A stretch of 64,000 nucleotides of DNA, taken from positions 33,695 to 97,694 of the forward strand of contig PHBQ01000017.1 in NCBI GenBank assembly GCA_002841975.1, written 5' to 3'. The position numbers and the translations under genes are program-made. This DNA comes from Candidatus Cloacimonetes bacterium HGW-Cloacimonetes-1. GTDB lineage: Bacteria; Cloacimonadota; Cloacimonadia; Cloacimonadales; Cloacimonadaceae. Numbering within the stretch: position 1 is the stretch's first letter; each line of letters opens with the position of its first letter. Positions 47,316 to 56,734 of this stretch are shown one piece after another. Below the pieces are notes generated by a model. The model did not search any database. It saw only the letters and a program-made list of their open reading frames with translations, and was not told the DNA's origin.

Positions 47316-48395
47316 ATGGCAGTCCTGAAAATCAACCTTCCCAAGATCCAGAAAAACATAGCGACCTTGGACGAAATCTTTAGCCGGAACAATGTCGGCT
47401 GGTCTCTGGTCGTAAAAATCCTGGGAAATAATACCGAAATCCTCAAAGCCATCTTGAGCGACGACAGCCTGAACAATTTTCACTCCGTTGCCGGTTCGCA
47501 TTGGCAAGAACTGCGCATGGTGAAGGAAATCAATCCCGAGATCACGACCATGTTTATCAAGCCTCCCGCCATCCGGAATGCGGGGAACGTCGTACGCTAT
47601 GCCGATATCTCGCTGAATACATCCAAGTATACCATCGAGGTGCTCAATGAGGCTGCCCGCAAGCAAAAGCGCACGCACAAGGTCATCATCATGATCGAGA
47701 TGGGCGAGCTGCGGGAAGGCATCCATCGCGAAGGTTTGGTAGAGTTTTATGACAGCATCTTTCAGCTATCCAATATCGAGGTGGTGGGCTTGGGCACCAA
47801 TCTGGGCTGTATGCACGGCCTGCGCCCGACCTATGACAAATTGATCCAATTGGTGCTGTATCAACAACTGCTGGAATCGAAGTTCAACCGCAGTTTACCC
47901 ATCATCTCCGGTGCCAGTTCGATCACGATCCCCTTCCTGCTGAAAAAGACCATCCCCCGCGGAATCAACCACTTCCGCATCGGTGAAGCCGCCTTTTTGG
48001 GGACAACTCCGCTCACAAACCGCCCCTTGAAACATCTCAATACGGATTGCTTTGAGTTTGAAGCCCATATCGTGGAACTGTCGCTCAAAGATACCACTCC
48101 CGATGGCGAGATCACGGAAGCTGCGATCGGCCACACATCCGATTTCAAGCCCACACAGGAGAAGTCTTACAAAGCACTGCTGGACTTTGGGATCCTGGAC
48201 GTGGACGCACATAACCTCTTCCCCATAGACGAGAGTGTTCGCTTCTTTGGCAATAGCTCCGACCTCACAGTTTATGATTTGGGAGACAATGCCCATGGCT
48301 ACAAAGAGGGTGATGTCATCACTTTCAAAGTAAACTATATGGCAGTGGCAAAACTGATGACTTCCCGCTACATCGAAAAATCCATCATCCGGTAA
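47316..48395 (+). CDS. Alanine/ornithine racemase family PLP-dependent enzyme (YhfX/Orr-like)
   Basis: 359 aa. N-terminal TIM-barrel with a VVK PLP-lysine context (WSLVVKILGNN) and a C-terminal beta domain. The start is 1 nt after the GNAT stop. Confidence 0.75.
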   Translation: MAVLKINLPKIQKNIATLDEIFSRNNVGWSLVVKILGNNTEILKAILSDDSLNNFHSVAGSHWQELRMVKEINPEITTMFIKPPAIRNAGNVVRYADISLNTSKYTIEVLNEAARKQKRTHKVIIMIEMGELREGIHREGLVEFYDSIFQLSNIEVVGLGTNLGCMHGLRPTYDKLIQLVLYQQLLESKFNRSLPIISGASSITIPFLLKKTIPRGINHFRIGEAAFLGTTPLTNRPLKHLNTDCFEFEAHIVELSLKDTTPDGEITEAAIGHTSDFKPTQEKSYKALLDFGILDVDAHNLFPIDESVRFFGNSSDLTVYDLGDNAHGYKEGDVITFKVNYMAVAKLMTSRYIEKSIIR

Positions 48396-48409
48396 TCCAT
48401 GGTAAAGAC

Positions 48410-48667
48410 TTGAGAACCGGAAAACTGATCGATATCGAGTGTGGCTGTGGCTTTGTGCTCTTTCGCTATTTCAAAGCCGGCAAGGGCAAGCTGATCAAAT
48501 GTATGATTAGCCGTCTCACCGCAGATTACGTGGGCCTCACAGGTGCCGCGACCTTCAGTAAACCGCTCTGCCCCTCTTGTGGCAAAGAACTTGGCATCAT
48601 CATGATGATCCATGGCGAGCCTGCCCTCAAGCTAAACCAAGGAACTATCAAAAGTATCAGGCTCTAA
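48410..48667 (+). CDS. Small hypothetical Cys-rich (zinc-ribbon-like) protein
   Basis: 85-aa ORF with CGCG ... CPSCG pairs. It has only a TTG start and no clear Shine-Dalgarno. Confidence 0.35.
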   Translation: MRTGKLIDIECGCGFVLFRYFKAGKGKLIKCMISRLTADYVGLTGAATFSKPLCPSCGKELGIIMMIHGEPALKLNQGTIKSIRL

Positions 48668-48759
48668 AAGCCTATTCGGAACATTTCCGCTTGACAAAAA
48701 GCCATAAATCCACATATTATGGTGTAAAGAAATATAACTAAATGAGCATGGGAGGAATT

Positions 48760-49242
48760 ATGTCCGCTTATTCTGTAAATGAAATCATCGAAATGGCCGT
48801 TTCCATCGAGAAAAATGGTTATGCCTTCTATCATGAAGCCACCAAACGTAAAGATATCGACGATAAAGCCCGCGAATTCATCACTTTTTTAAGAGATCAG
48901 GAACTCAATCACGAAAAGACTTTTTTGAATCTTCGTGACGATGCAGACATCCAGATCCTGGAACTATCCCCGGATTGGGAAATGGTCTCCGCCTACTTGA
49001 CCTCGATCGTGGATGGACGCCTCTTTAACAATGAGCATTCTGCCATCAAAATGGCTACCGAAGCCAAAGACCTCAAGACCCTGGTGGATCATGCAATCAC
49101 TTTTGAAAAAGACACTCTGCTTTATTTTCATGCCATCAACGATGTGATCACCAATCCCAAAGCCAAAGATGCGCTGCGCCGTATTATCAACGAAGAAGTG
49201 TCACACGTACTGAAGCTTAACGACTTCAAAAAGTCTCTGTAA
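48760..49242 (+). CDS. Ferritin-like/rubrerythrin-family di-iron protein (no rubredoxin domain)
   Basis: Two E..H motifs (DQELNHEK, NEEVSHVL) in a four-helix style sequence. ATG 48760 is preceded by GGGAGG. Confidence 0.75.
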   Translation: MSAYSVNEIIEMAVSIEKNGYAFYHEATKRKDIDDKAREFITFLRDQELNHEKTFLNLRDDADIQILELSPDWEMVSAYLTSIVDGRLFNNEHSAIKMATEAKDLKTLVDHAITFEKDTLLYFHAINDVITNPKAKDALRRIINEEVSHVLKLNDFKKSL

Positions 49243-49345
49243 ACGGTTTACTGCCCTGGAAATCTTAAAGCATATATATTCCGTAGCTCTCCGCAGGTAC
49301 GGGCAACGGCTGCTTGCTCAAGGAAAGCGGGAGAAAGCGCGTCGT

Positions 49346-49921
49346 TTGTTGGTGTCGGCAAACCGCTATGAACCCAGCGACGAAAACGCCTTTAACCTGG
49401 CTTTGATCGAGCTCAACCTCTGCCATTACCAAACAGCAAACCGGATCATGGAAGAGCTACGGAGCAGGGTGACCAACAATCCCATGCTCCTGGTGAGCCT
49501 GGGACAGAGCTATCTGCTCCTCAACCGTTGGGACGACGCCACGGATGCCTTTGGGGAACTGACGAAGCTCTACCCCCATAACGCTACCTTTGCGAGCCTA
49601 CTCAGCCTCTCCGTAGATGCGATCTTAAGAGATAAATACCGAATGTGTCTGGACTTGCAATATCAGGCCAGTATCCTGGCAGATAGCGGGAAGGCGGAGG
49701 AAGCATTGGAACAGCTGAAAACAGCAGCGGATCTGGCACCCCAGGATGCAGTCTTGATGAACAACATCGGCGTCTTGATGCTGCGGCTGAAGAAAGATCC
49801 AAAAGCCACCCTGCATTACTTTGCCAAGGCCGTGGAGCTATCCCCAAATAACGATAATTTTAAAAGAACCTATCGAAAAGTATGGCAAAAACAAAAGCCG
49901 CAAAACAAACCTTCATCCTGA
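49346..49921 (+). CDS. TPR-repeat protein (start uncertain)
   Basis: TPR-like helical repeats (LGQSYLLLNRWDDATDAFGELTKLYPHN, NNIGVLMLRLKKDPKATLHYFAKAVELSPNN). The frame is open from 49214 with a plausible TPR-like sequence but no ATG or GTG. Confidence 0.6.
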   Translation: MLVSANRYEPSDENAFNLALIELNLCHYQTANRIMEELRSRVTNNPMLLVSLGQSYLLLNRWDDATDAFGELTKLYPHNATFASLLSLSVDAILRDKYRMCLDLQYQASILADSGKAEEALEQLKTAADLAPQDAVLMNNIGVLMLRLKKDPKATLHYFAKAVELSPNNDNFKRTYRKVWQKQKPQNKPSS

Positions 49922-50385
49922 TCTGCGTCTTCCTGCTGCTGGCACTGATCCTGGTCTTCAATCCGATCTCGGTACGGCTCATGACAGTCGGAATGGCAGT
50001 GTATTACGACCTTGATCCCGGTATCTTTTATCGCCTGATCAGGGCGGAGAGTTCCTTCCGGAGCTTTGCTATATCTCCCCAACGGGCTATCGGGCTCGGA
50101 CAAATGATCGAGTCCACCGCCTATTATGTACACAAAAAACATAAGCGGGGCTGGCTCTTTGTTCCGTTTTACAATCTACGCTTATCGGCAAAATACATAA
50201 AGTATTTGCAAAAGCGATATGACAATAACTGGAGCCTGGTGCTGGCTGCCTACAACTGGGGTGAAACCAATGTGGACCGCAGGATCAAAGGCATGGAGAT
50301 CGATCCCAAAAAGGACTATCGGGAACGTTTTCGAGATATTCGGGAGACCTATCAGTACATTGATAAAATCTTGAAGCAGAAATAA
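49882..50385 (+). CDS. Lytic transglycosylase (SLT domain) with an N-terminal membrane anchor
   Basis: Catalytic AESSF, GLGQM and AAYNWGE motifs. Confidence 0.85.
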   Translation: MAKTKAAKQTFILICVFLLLALILVFNPISVRLMTVGMAVYYDLDPGIFYRLIRAESSFRSFAISPQRAIGLGQMIESTAYYVHKKHKRGWLFVPFYNLRLSAKYIKYLQKRYDNNWSLVLAAYNWGETNVDRRIKGMEIDPKKDYRERFRDIRETYQYIDKILKQK

Positions 50386-50445
50386 ATCTTGACGAGATAG
50401 CCACATTGAAAAGTGTATTTACTATAAACTAATCAGGAGTGACTT

Positions 50446-51096
50446 ATGTTGCGTAATCAGAGAGGATTCTCGGTTTATACCATAATTAGCATCGTGCTCT
50501 TTGCAGCACTCGTATTTATACTTGCATTGCCCAATTTCTTCAATCTGGACAAAGAAAAGAATATTGAAGACTGTATCAACAATATGAAGACCATTTGGGT
50601 AGCTGCAACAGACTACGTGCGTGATACCAGTGCCGACTATGACGGAGATCTGGACAAATTAACCGGAACCAAAAAAGCCCGGGATCCCAAAAACTACTAT
50701 ATGCAAACGATTCCCTTCTGCCCCGAAACACGTACCAAAGAAAACTACATCGTTTTTGGTAAATACGTAGAGGACAAAATCGGAACCGAAATCAAGCAAA
50801 ACTATGGCGTGATAGTAGTTTGTCCCAATCTGATCAAATACCCCAAACACTTTATCCCCAAGGCTTTTTACGAAAACATGGATCCCACTCAACTGCAGAA
50901 CTATATGATCGACGATCTGGATTATATCGACAGTCAGACCGGTTCTACAGGTGCCAAAAAGATGGAAGCCCTCATGAGCTACATCAAGATCTGGAAAGAA
51001 AATCCCAATGCCTTCCAAATCCGCAAGGGCGATCCCAATGGCCTCAAAGCCCTGGTCTTTCCCGAGCTTTTCCCAAACATGAATGCACCTAAGTAA
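50446..51096 (+). CDS. Pilin/pseudopilin-like protein with an atypical prepilin leader
   Basis: MLRNQRGFSVYTIISIVLFAALVFILALPNF has a short basic leader, G-F and a hydrophobic helix as in type IV pilins, but it lacks the Glu at +5. Confidence 0.5.
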   Translation: MLRNQRGFSVYTIISIVLFAALVFILALPNFFNLDKEKNIEDCINNMKTIWVAATDYVRDTSADYDGDLDKLTGTKKARDPKNYYMQTIPFCPETRTKENYIVFGKYVEDKIGTEIKQNYGVIVVCPNLIKYPKHFIPKAFYENMDPTQLQNYMIDDLDYIDSQTGSTGAKKMEALMSYIKIWKENPNAFQIRKGDPNGLKALVFPELFPNMNAPK

Positions 51097-51137
51097 TTCA
51101 CATCTGTGAAGTGCTAACAGCATACAGAAATTTATTA

Positions 51138-51164
51138 ATGTCGCCTTGCGGGGCGGCATTTTTT
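51138..51164 (+). terminator. Rho-independent terminator upstream of folC
   Basis: atgtcgcc-ttgcgg-ggcggcat: an 8-bp stem with one G-U pair, followed by tttttt. Confidence 0.7.
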
Positions 51165-51185
51165 ATATAAGAAGAGGTTTTAATT

Positions 51186-52475
51186 ATGCAATATCAAGAG
51201 TTTTTGGACCACATATATCAAAAGTACTCTGGGAATGTGAAGCTGGAGCTGGACCGCATGGTCGGCATTCTGGCAGATTTGAATGAACCCCAAAAAGCCT
51301 ATCATGGCATCCACGTCGCCGGTACTAACGGCAAAGGCTCCGTCTGCGCCACCACCGAGGCTTTGGCTTTGGCACACGGCTTGAACACCGGGCTCAATAC
51401 ATCGCCGCATTTGATAGACTATACGGAACGCTTTCGTATCTCCGGAAAAGACCTGGAGTTTGAAACCATCCTGGATAGCTTTCAAAAGCATGAAAGCATC
51501 TTTGAAAAGTGGGATGCATCCTTCTTTGAGATCACCACGGCTATTGCATTTGACCTCTTTCGCGAGGCTGGGATCGATACTGCGGTGATCGAGGTAGGCT
51601 TGGGCGGCAGATTGGATGCCACTAACCTTTTTTGTCCGGATGTGGCAGCGATCACGACGATCGGACTGGATCACATCAAAACCCTGGGCGGCACCGTCGA
51701 GATTATAGCCGCTGAAAAGGCAGGGATCATCAAAGCCGGAATACCAGTCGTGCTCGGCAAGATCGATCCATCTCCTCTGCAAGTGATTACAGATATCGCT
51801 GCCGAACGCAAAGCTCCCATCTATCTCTATAATCATGAATATTTTGTGAATGTAATCCAGAACAGCATAGATGGCATCACCTTTGACTATCGCTTCGAGG
51901 ATCACGCGTATAGTGGCTTGAAGGCAAATCTGATCGGCAGTCACCAAGCCAATAACATCGCCACTGCACTCACTGCTTTTATCCTCTATTGCAGAGCTCG
52001 GGATATTACATTGTCCGAAGCTGCTATCCGGCAGGCTTTGAACAGTATCAACTGGCGGGGCAGAATGCAGCTCGTGAGTCGCAAGCCTTTGGTGATTGCG
52101 GACGGTGCCCACAACGTGCAAGGAATCCAAGCTCTTTCCGCAAACCTGAAGGAGATGTTCAGGGGCAATAAAGTCCGCTTTGTATTATCTATTCTGGCAG
52201 ATAAAGATTTTAAGGAGATGGTGAAATTGATCTGTGAAGAAGCGGATATGATCTATGTGGCGCAGAATAAATCGGATCGTGCCGCCACCATCGATCAGCA
52301 GACATTTGAGATTGTAAAATATTGCATCCCCTTCCAGACTGCCGATAGCGTCAAAGCAGCTTTTGCCCTGGCACTATCGGAAGCCGAAGCGGATGATATA
52401 ATTATTTGCGGGGGTTCACTTTATACAGTGGGGGAAGTGCTCAGTTCTGCAGCAGAACTTTCTTTGCAGCCATAG
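51186..52475 (+). CDS. folC: Bifunctional folylpolyglutamate synthase / dihydrofolate synthase
   Basis: Mur-ligase P-loop HVAGTNGKGS, the DHIKTLG block and the C-terminal GSLYTVGEVL. Confidence 0.9.
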   Translation: MQYQEFLDHIYQKYSGNVKLELDRMVGILADLNEPQKAYHGIHVAGTNGKGSVCATTEALALAHGLNTGLNTSPHLIDYTERFRISGKDLEFETILDSFQKHESIFEKWDASFFEITTAIAFDLFREAGIDTAVIEVGLGGRLDATNLFCPDVAAITTIGLDHIKTLGGTVEIIAAEKAGIIKAGIPVVLGKIDPSPLQVITDIAAERKAPIYLYNHEYFVNVIQNSIDGITFDYRFEDHAYSGLKANLIGSHQANNIATALTAFILYCRARDITLSEAAIRQALNSINWRGRMQLVSRKPLVIADGAHNVQGIQALSANLKEMFRGNKVRFVLSILADKDFKEMVKLICEEADMIYVAQNKSDRAATIDQQTFEIVKYCIPFQTADSVKAAFALALSEAEADDIIICGGSLYTVGEVLSSAAELSLQP

Positions 52476-53478
52476 CCTTGTCGGAGAGGATGCGGATCAT
52501 ATAAACACCGGAAGCACATTTGCGGCTCTCGGAGTCCATACCGTCCCAAGTGATGCTGTGGGCTCCGGATGAAGCCTTGCTCTCGGTAAAACTACGTACC
52601 AATTGGCCTTTGACGTTGTACACCTGGATATTGACATCGGAAGATGATTTGAGGTTATAACCGATGCTGGTGCTGCTCACAAAGGGATTGGGATAGGGTT
52701 CATCAATCGTAAGCTCAAAAACTGGGCTATTGGTTTCGTCGTCATTGGGCACAGGTCCCCATATTCTTTGCACAAATTCCGGATGATCCACATAGGGATT
52801 GCGGTTGTGCTGAAAAACGTATATACTCTGGTTTCTGGCACGTTCCTGATCATCTACGGGATCCAGATTGTGCCACGCGATCAAGGTCTCCATCATGTTT
52901 ACGTTTTGTTGATTGAGTGAATCATTGTAGCGGGTATTGAAATACAACAAAGCTCTGGCGAGATTGCCTTTATGCTGGTTTGCAGGCTCAAAGACTGTGG
53001 TTCCCTGGGAAGTAGTTCCACGCTTGGAGACATAGCCATTGTAGCTGACATAGGTGGCATTTGAATTGATCACAGTTCCAAAGGGGAGATTGCCACGGCT
53101 GGAATTAACTCCGGCATTGGTGGGAAACAAGTGATGCAGATCTGCCTTTTTCTTGCTGGAATCGGTACTGCTAAACCAGCTTTGAGCATAGGTGTGCTCG
53201 CAGTTAAAGTTATTCTGGTTTGGCATTCCGCCCACCGGCACAGACCAGTCTTGGCCAGTGTAAACACAGCGCACTAAGCCATTCGTATTGTCCATATATC
53301 CAAACATGTGTTCTTTGGAACCATCGTAACTGGTGTTTGTATTTGTAGAAATTAAGGTACGCAACCCAAAATAGAGGGATTGCCCGGTCAGATTGATCAC
53401 TCCATCGTAATAGTCCGCAAATGCAAAGACTACTATGAACAGGAATAATGAAGTAAGTAGTATCTTACGCATTTTCAT
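52441..53478 (-). CDS. Secreted endonuclease I (EndA/NucM family) with a T9SS C-terminal sorting domain
   Basis: Signal peptide, CEHTYAQSW...DLHHLFPTNAGVNSSRGN, HNRNPYVDHPE, then YPNPFVSSTSIGYNL...GVYMIRIL...KKVLLQN. Confidence 0.85.
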   Translation of the reverse strand: MKMRKILLTSLFLFIVVFAFADYYDGVINLTGQSLYFGLRTLISTNTNTSYDGSKEHMFGYMDNTNGLVRCVYTGQDWSVPVGGMPNQNNFNCEHTYAQSWFSSTDSSKKKADLHHLFPTNAGVNSSRGNLPFGTVINSNATYVSYNGYVSKRGTTSQGTTVFEPANQHKGNLARALLYFNTRYNDSLNQQNVNMMETLIAWHNLDPVDDQERARNQSIYVFQHNRNPYVDHPEFVQRIWGPVPNDDETNSPVFELTIDEPYPNPFVSSTSIGYNLKSSSDVNIQVYNVKGQLVRSFTESKASSGAHSITWDGMDSESRKCASGVYMIRILSDKAMAAKKVLLQN

Positions 53479-53559
53479 AATGTTCAGTCCTTTCTTTCAA
53501 ATTAGCATGCAAGTTTGTGCGCTTGACGTTGTAGTCAAGTTTTATCGTAACACTTGCTA

Positions 53560-55254
53560 TCAAGAAAGATAGAGGAAACGCTTAATCTTCTGAGTCGGGG
53601 TCTTCTCAAAGGGTTCTTTTTGCTCGATGATCTTGTGGATCACAGAGAAGGACGACACATTCTGATTTACGTGCTTGCGGATATCAGACAGCAGTTTTTC
53701 GATATGTTTTTCTGCTACCACACTGTTCATTTTGGAGATGCCATAAGTCTTGTCCATCATCTCATAATTGAGGTAAACCCTTGCCACGATCTTGCTTTCC
53801 ATTTCGTAAACCAGGGATTCCAGAACTATTTCACTTTCATTGATCTTGCCCTCGATTTCCTCAGGATAGATGTTTTCTCCACTGGGGCCGATGATCACGT
53901 TCTTGATTCTACCTTTGATGTAGAGATAGTTCTTTTTTGCCAATACGCCCAGATCTCCGGTCTTGAACCAGCCATCGGCAGTAAAGCACTCATCCGTGCG
54001 GGCTTTATCGCGGTAATAACCTTTCATCACGGTATCGCCTTTGACCTGGATCTCGCCTTCACCGGTCTTGGGATCTGGGTGGAAGATACGGCATTGCAAA
54101 CCCGGTAAAGTGACACCGGTCGCCCGGAACTTGACCACGGATGGACTGCATCCGGCGATCAGCGGAGAAGTCTCCGTCAAGCCATACCCGATCGCATAAG
54201 GGAATTTGGCTTCATATAAAAAGCGTTCAACTTCGGCAGAAAGCATAGCGCCTCCCACTCCAAAGAAATGTAATTTGCCACCAAATGTCTTCATCAGTTT
54301 GGCACCTGCAACTTTGTGCAGTGCTTTACGCATAAAGGGGATGCGATACAATTCGCGCATCATGGCATTCTTGGTTAATTGCGGATGGATCTGGAGCTTG
54401 AAAATCTTTTCGATCACGAGGGGTACAGCCATGATCATGGTGGGCTGGATCTTTTGCATGGCAGGGACCAGAACTCGTGCCGTGGGCGGTTTATCCAGAT
54501 AAAACACGCATGCGCCTTGCATCATGGGTATCAGGAAACCGATAGTCGCTTCGTAGGTATGTGCCAGCGGCAGAATGGAGATCAAACGGTCCATTTCGTT
54601 CACTTTTTGGATGTATAACGTAATATGGGCATCATAGACGAGGTTTTTATGGCTCAGCATCACGCCTTTGGAACTACCGGTGGTGCCGGAGGTATAGATA
54701 ATCGCTGCAAGGTCGTCTTCCTGTACCTCAGGAGATATCAATCCTACCGCCTTCATGGCCTTTTCTTTGAGTCTCGTCAGCGTAGCATTACCGTCTTTGA
54801 GGGCATCCTTGAGCTTGTCCTTGGTGGTCTCCGGCGGGATCAAGCTAAAAGTATCGATCAACACCATTTCCGGGCGTACTTCAAAATCTTCATAGGATAT
54901 CTTTTCGTAGAGAGTCGTGGAAATAAATATCAGCTTGGCACCGGAATGACGGAGAATCTGATTTACTTCGTTGGTGTGAAAATCCGTGAGAATCGGGACC
55001 ACGACGGCACCCATGGTGGTAATGGCAAAATAGGCAATTCCCCAATGCGGGCAATTCTCGCTCAGGATGGCGACTCTATCACCTTTGATGATACCTTGCT
55101 GGCTCATAAACACTTGGAGTGCTTTCACTCGTGAGTTTAGCTCTGAATATGTGAAGGGTTCTTCTTCTACCATCGATAAAGCCGGACGGTTCGGGAAATT
55201 CTCCACAGTTCTTTGCAACAACTTATGTAATGTGTATTTCGTTAATGCTTCCAA
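53560..55254 (-). CDS. Long-chain-fatty-acid--CoA ligase (AMP-dependent synthetase)
   Basis: AMP-binding signature IIYTSGTTGSSKGV, GYGLTET, GWFKTGDLG and the C-terminal PTQKIKR. Confidence 0.9.
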   Translation of the reverse strand: MEALTKYTLHKLLQRTVENFPNRPALSMVEEEPFTYSELNSRVKALQVFMSQQGIIKGDRVAILSENCPHWGIAYFAITTMGAVVVPILTDFHTNEVNQILRHSGAKLIFISTTLYEKISYEDFEVRPEMVLIDTFSLIPPETTKDKLKDALKDGNATLTRLKEKAMKAVGLISPEVQEDDLAAIIYTSGTTGSSKGVMLSHKNLVYDAHITLYIQKVNEMDRLISILPLAHTYEATIGFLIPMMQGACVFYLDKPPTARVLVPAMQKIQPTMIMAVPLVIEKIFKLQIHPQLTKNAMMRELYRIPFMRKALHKVAGAKLMKTFGGKLHFFGVGGAMLSAEVERFLYEAKFPYAIGYGLTETSPLIAGCSPSVVKFRATGVTLPGLQCRIFHPDPKTGEGEIQVKGDTVMKGYYRDKARTDECFTADGWFKTGDLGVLAKKNYLYIKGRIKNVIIGPSGENIYPEEIEGKINESEIVLESLVYEMESKIVARVYLNYEMMDKTYGISKMNSVVAEKHIEKLLSDIRKHVNQNVSSFSVIHKIIEQKEPFEKTPTQKIKRFLYLS

Positions 55255-55439
55255 ATCAAACTCCTTTAACTCTCATACCAATGTAACGATAGCTCAGTTT
55301 TCAGTCAAGTCCAATTATTTTTCAGTATGATACGAGACAAACTGAATGCCGCTCATTGATGTATTGTTATGAACTGGCGAATGATACAGTAGGGAATATC
55401 TGGCGATGTGTTTGTTAGATTAAACTCTGGTATCGGCGA

Positions 55440-55545
55440 GACGTAGGCGGCGCGATTCCCTGGTGGCGACCCGGGGTTCACGAGGGAATCACGAGGGAAT
55501 CACCTCGGATTGCTGTAGGGGCGAATGGTGGTTCGCCCGTTTTAC
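55440..55545. repeat. Family A intergenic palindromic repeat, copy 4
   Basis: gcgattccctggtggcgacccggggttcacgagggaatcacgagggaatcacctcggattgctgtaggggcgaatggtggttcgccc. Confidence 0.75.
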
Positions 55546-55620
55546 AGAATGGAGGTTTGTATCGTCCTAAAATAGGCTGAACATCTAAGCGGTTTATGAG
55601 ATATTTATGCAGTCAACTTT

Positions 55621-56541
55621 TCAGCTACGATTTTGGGTTCCGAGGGCATACGTGGTCAAGCGCCGGATGTCTTTGATCTGGGAAATCAGGAGTCCCACAA
55701 TGGTGAGCACCAGTCCGATCATCGTTTTCGCCGTTATCACGTCCCGCAGAATCAAGTAAGCAAGGATCACGGTGAAGACTGGGATCAGATTTGTAAAGAT
55801 GTTGGACTTGATCACGCCCAGTTCGCGGATCACTCCGGTGAAGAGCATAAAGGCACCGACCGAGGCAAAGAGGCTCATCGCCGCAATAGTGAGCAGTCCC
55901 ATTCCTGAATGCTGCATAGTGCTAAAATGGCGAAAATCGGTAACCATGAATACCGGGATAAAATAGATGAGGCCAAAGAAACTCTGCCACGTCACAATGG
56001 TGAGAGTCCGATACTTCAGCGTCAATCCCCGTACGGTGATGCCATAAAACATCCCGGATATCACCGCCAGCAGTAGAAATAACACACCTTTAAAGGTGGC
56101 ATGCAGGTCAGTACTTTGCAGGCTGAGGAAAGTAACGCCCGCAAAGGAAACCACCAGTCCGATAATCAGGGCAGGAGTGATCTTTTCTTTGAGTAAGAGC
56201 CACGCTCCAAAAGCCGTGACAATCGGGATGATGGAAATTATCAAAGAGCCCAAGGTCGAGGATACATACTGCATCCCGTTTGCCTCCCCTATAAAGTAAC
56301 AAAATGGCTCACAAAATGCCACCAGCATAAACTGCAAAAAGTCATTTTTTTGGATGCGTTCCGTGTGCCGTGTCACCAACATTACGATGAACAAGAGCCC
56401 GGAAGCCAGTACCAAACGCAGCACTACGATCTCGATCGGGTGGTACCATTTTAGGGCAATTTTGATCCAGACAAAGGTGATCGACCAGCAAAACATAGCC
56501 AGCATAGCTTTACCATAGGGCAGGGCGTTTTTGATTTTCAT
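55621..56541 (-). CDS. DMT superfamily (EamA-like) transporter
   Basis: 306 aa with 10 predicted TM helices in two EamA-like halves. Confidence 0.8.
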   Translation of the reverse strand: MKIKNALPYGKAMLAMFCWSITFVWIKIALKWYHPIEIVVLRLVLASGLLFIVMLVTRHTERIQKNDFLQFMLVAFCEPFCYFIGEANGMQYVSSTLGSLIISIIPIVTAFGAWLLLKEKITPALIIGLVVSFAGVTFLSLQSTDLHATFKGVLFLLLAVISGMFYGITVRGLTLKYRTLTIVTWQSFFGLIYFIPVFMVTDFRHFSTMQHSGMGLLTIAAMSLFASVGAFMLFTGVIRELGVIKSNIFTNLIPVFTVILAYLILRDVITAKTMIGLVLTIVGLLISQIKDIRRLTTYALGTQNRS

Positions 56542-56734
56542 ATCGTTGTTTTAATCCAGTTTATGTATTTTGATGCATAGCCACGATTGGTATGCGCAAT
56601 GTCAAGAGAATTGTGTGAAGGGGAGATTGGCATCCTCCGGCTACTCATATAGTCTCTCATACAAATAGCTTTTTCTGCTTGACACTATGTAAGAACCTTA
56701 TTGGGATGCAAAATACAAAAATAAGGAGAATGAT

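Noticed and set aside
47181-47726. 181-aa minus-strand ORF spanning the GNAT/racemase junction
   Set aside because: It is antisense to two well-supported plus-strand genes and has no recognisable domain.
51180-52130. 316-aa ORF on the minus strand
   Set aside because: It is antisense to folC, which has clear Mur-ligase motifs, so it is a shadow ORF.
52441-52475. 35-nt overlap of the convergent folC and endonuclease I 3' ends, as a possible frameshift or misassembly
   Set aside because: Both proteins end with family-typical C-termini (GSLYTVGEVL..., and a T9SS tail ending KKVLLQN). A short convergent overlap is plausible without invoking an error.
53554-55134. Plus-strand ORFs of 184, 98, 79 and 169 aa
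   Set aside because: All are antisense to the acyl-CoA ligase gene, which has a clear AMP-binding signature. None has motifs.
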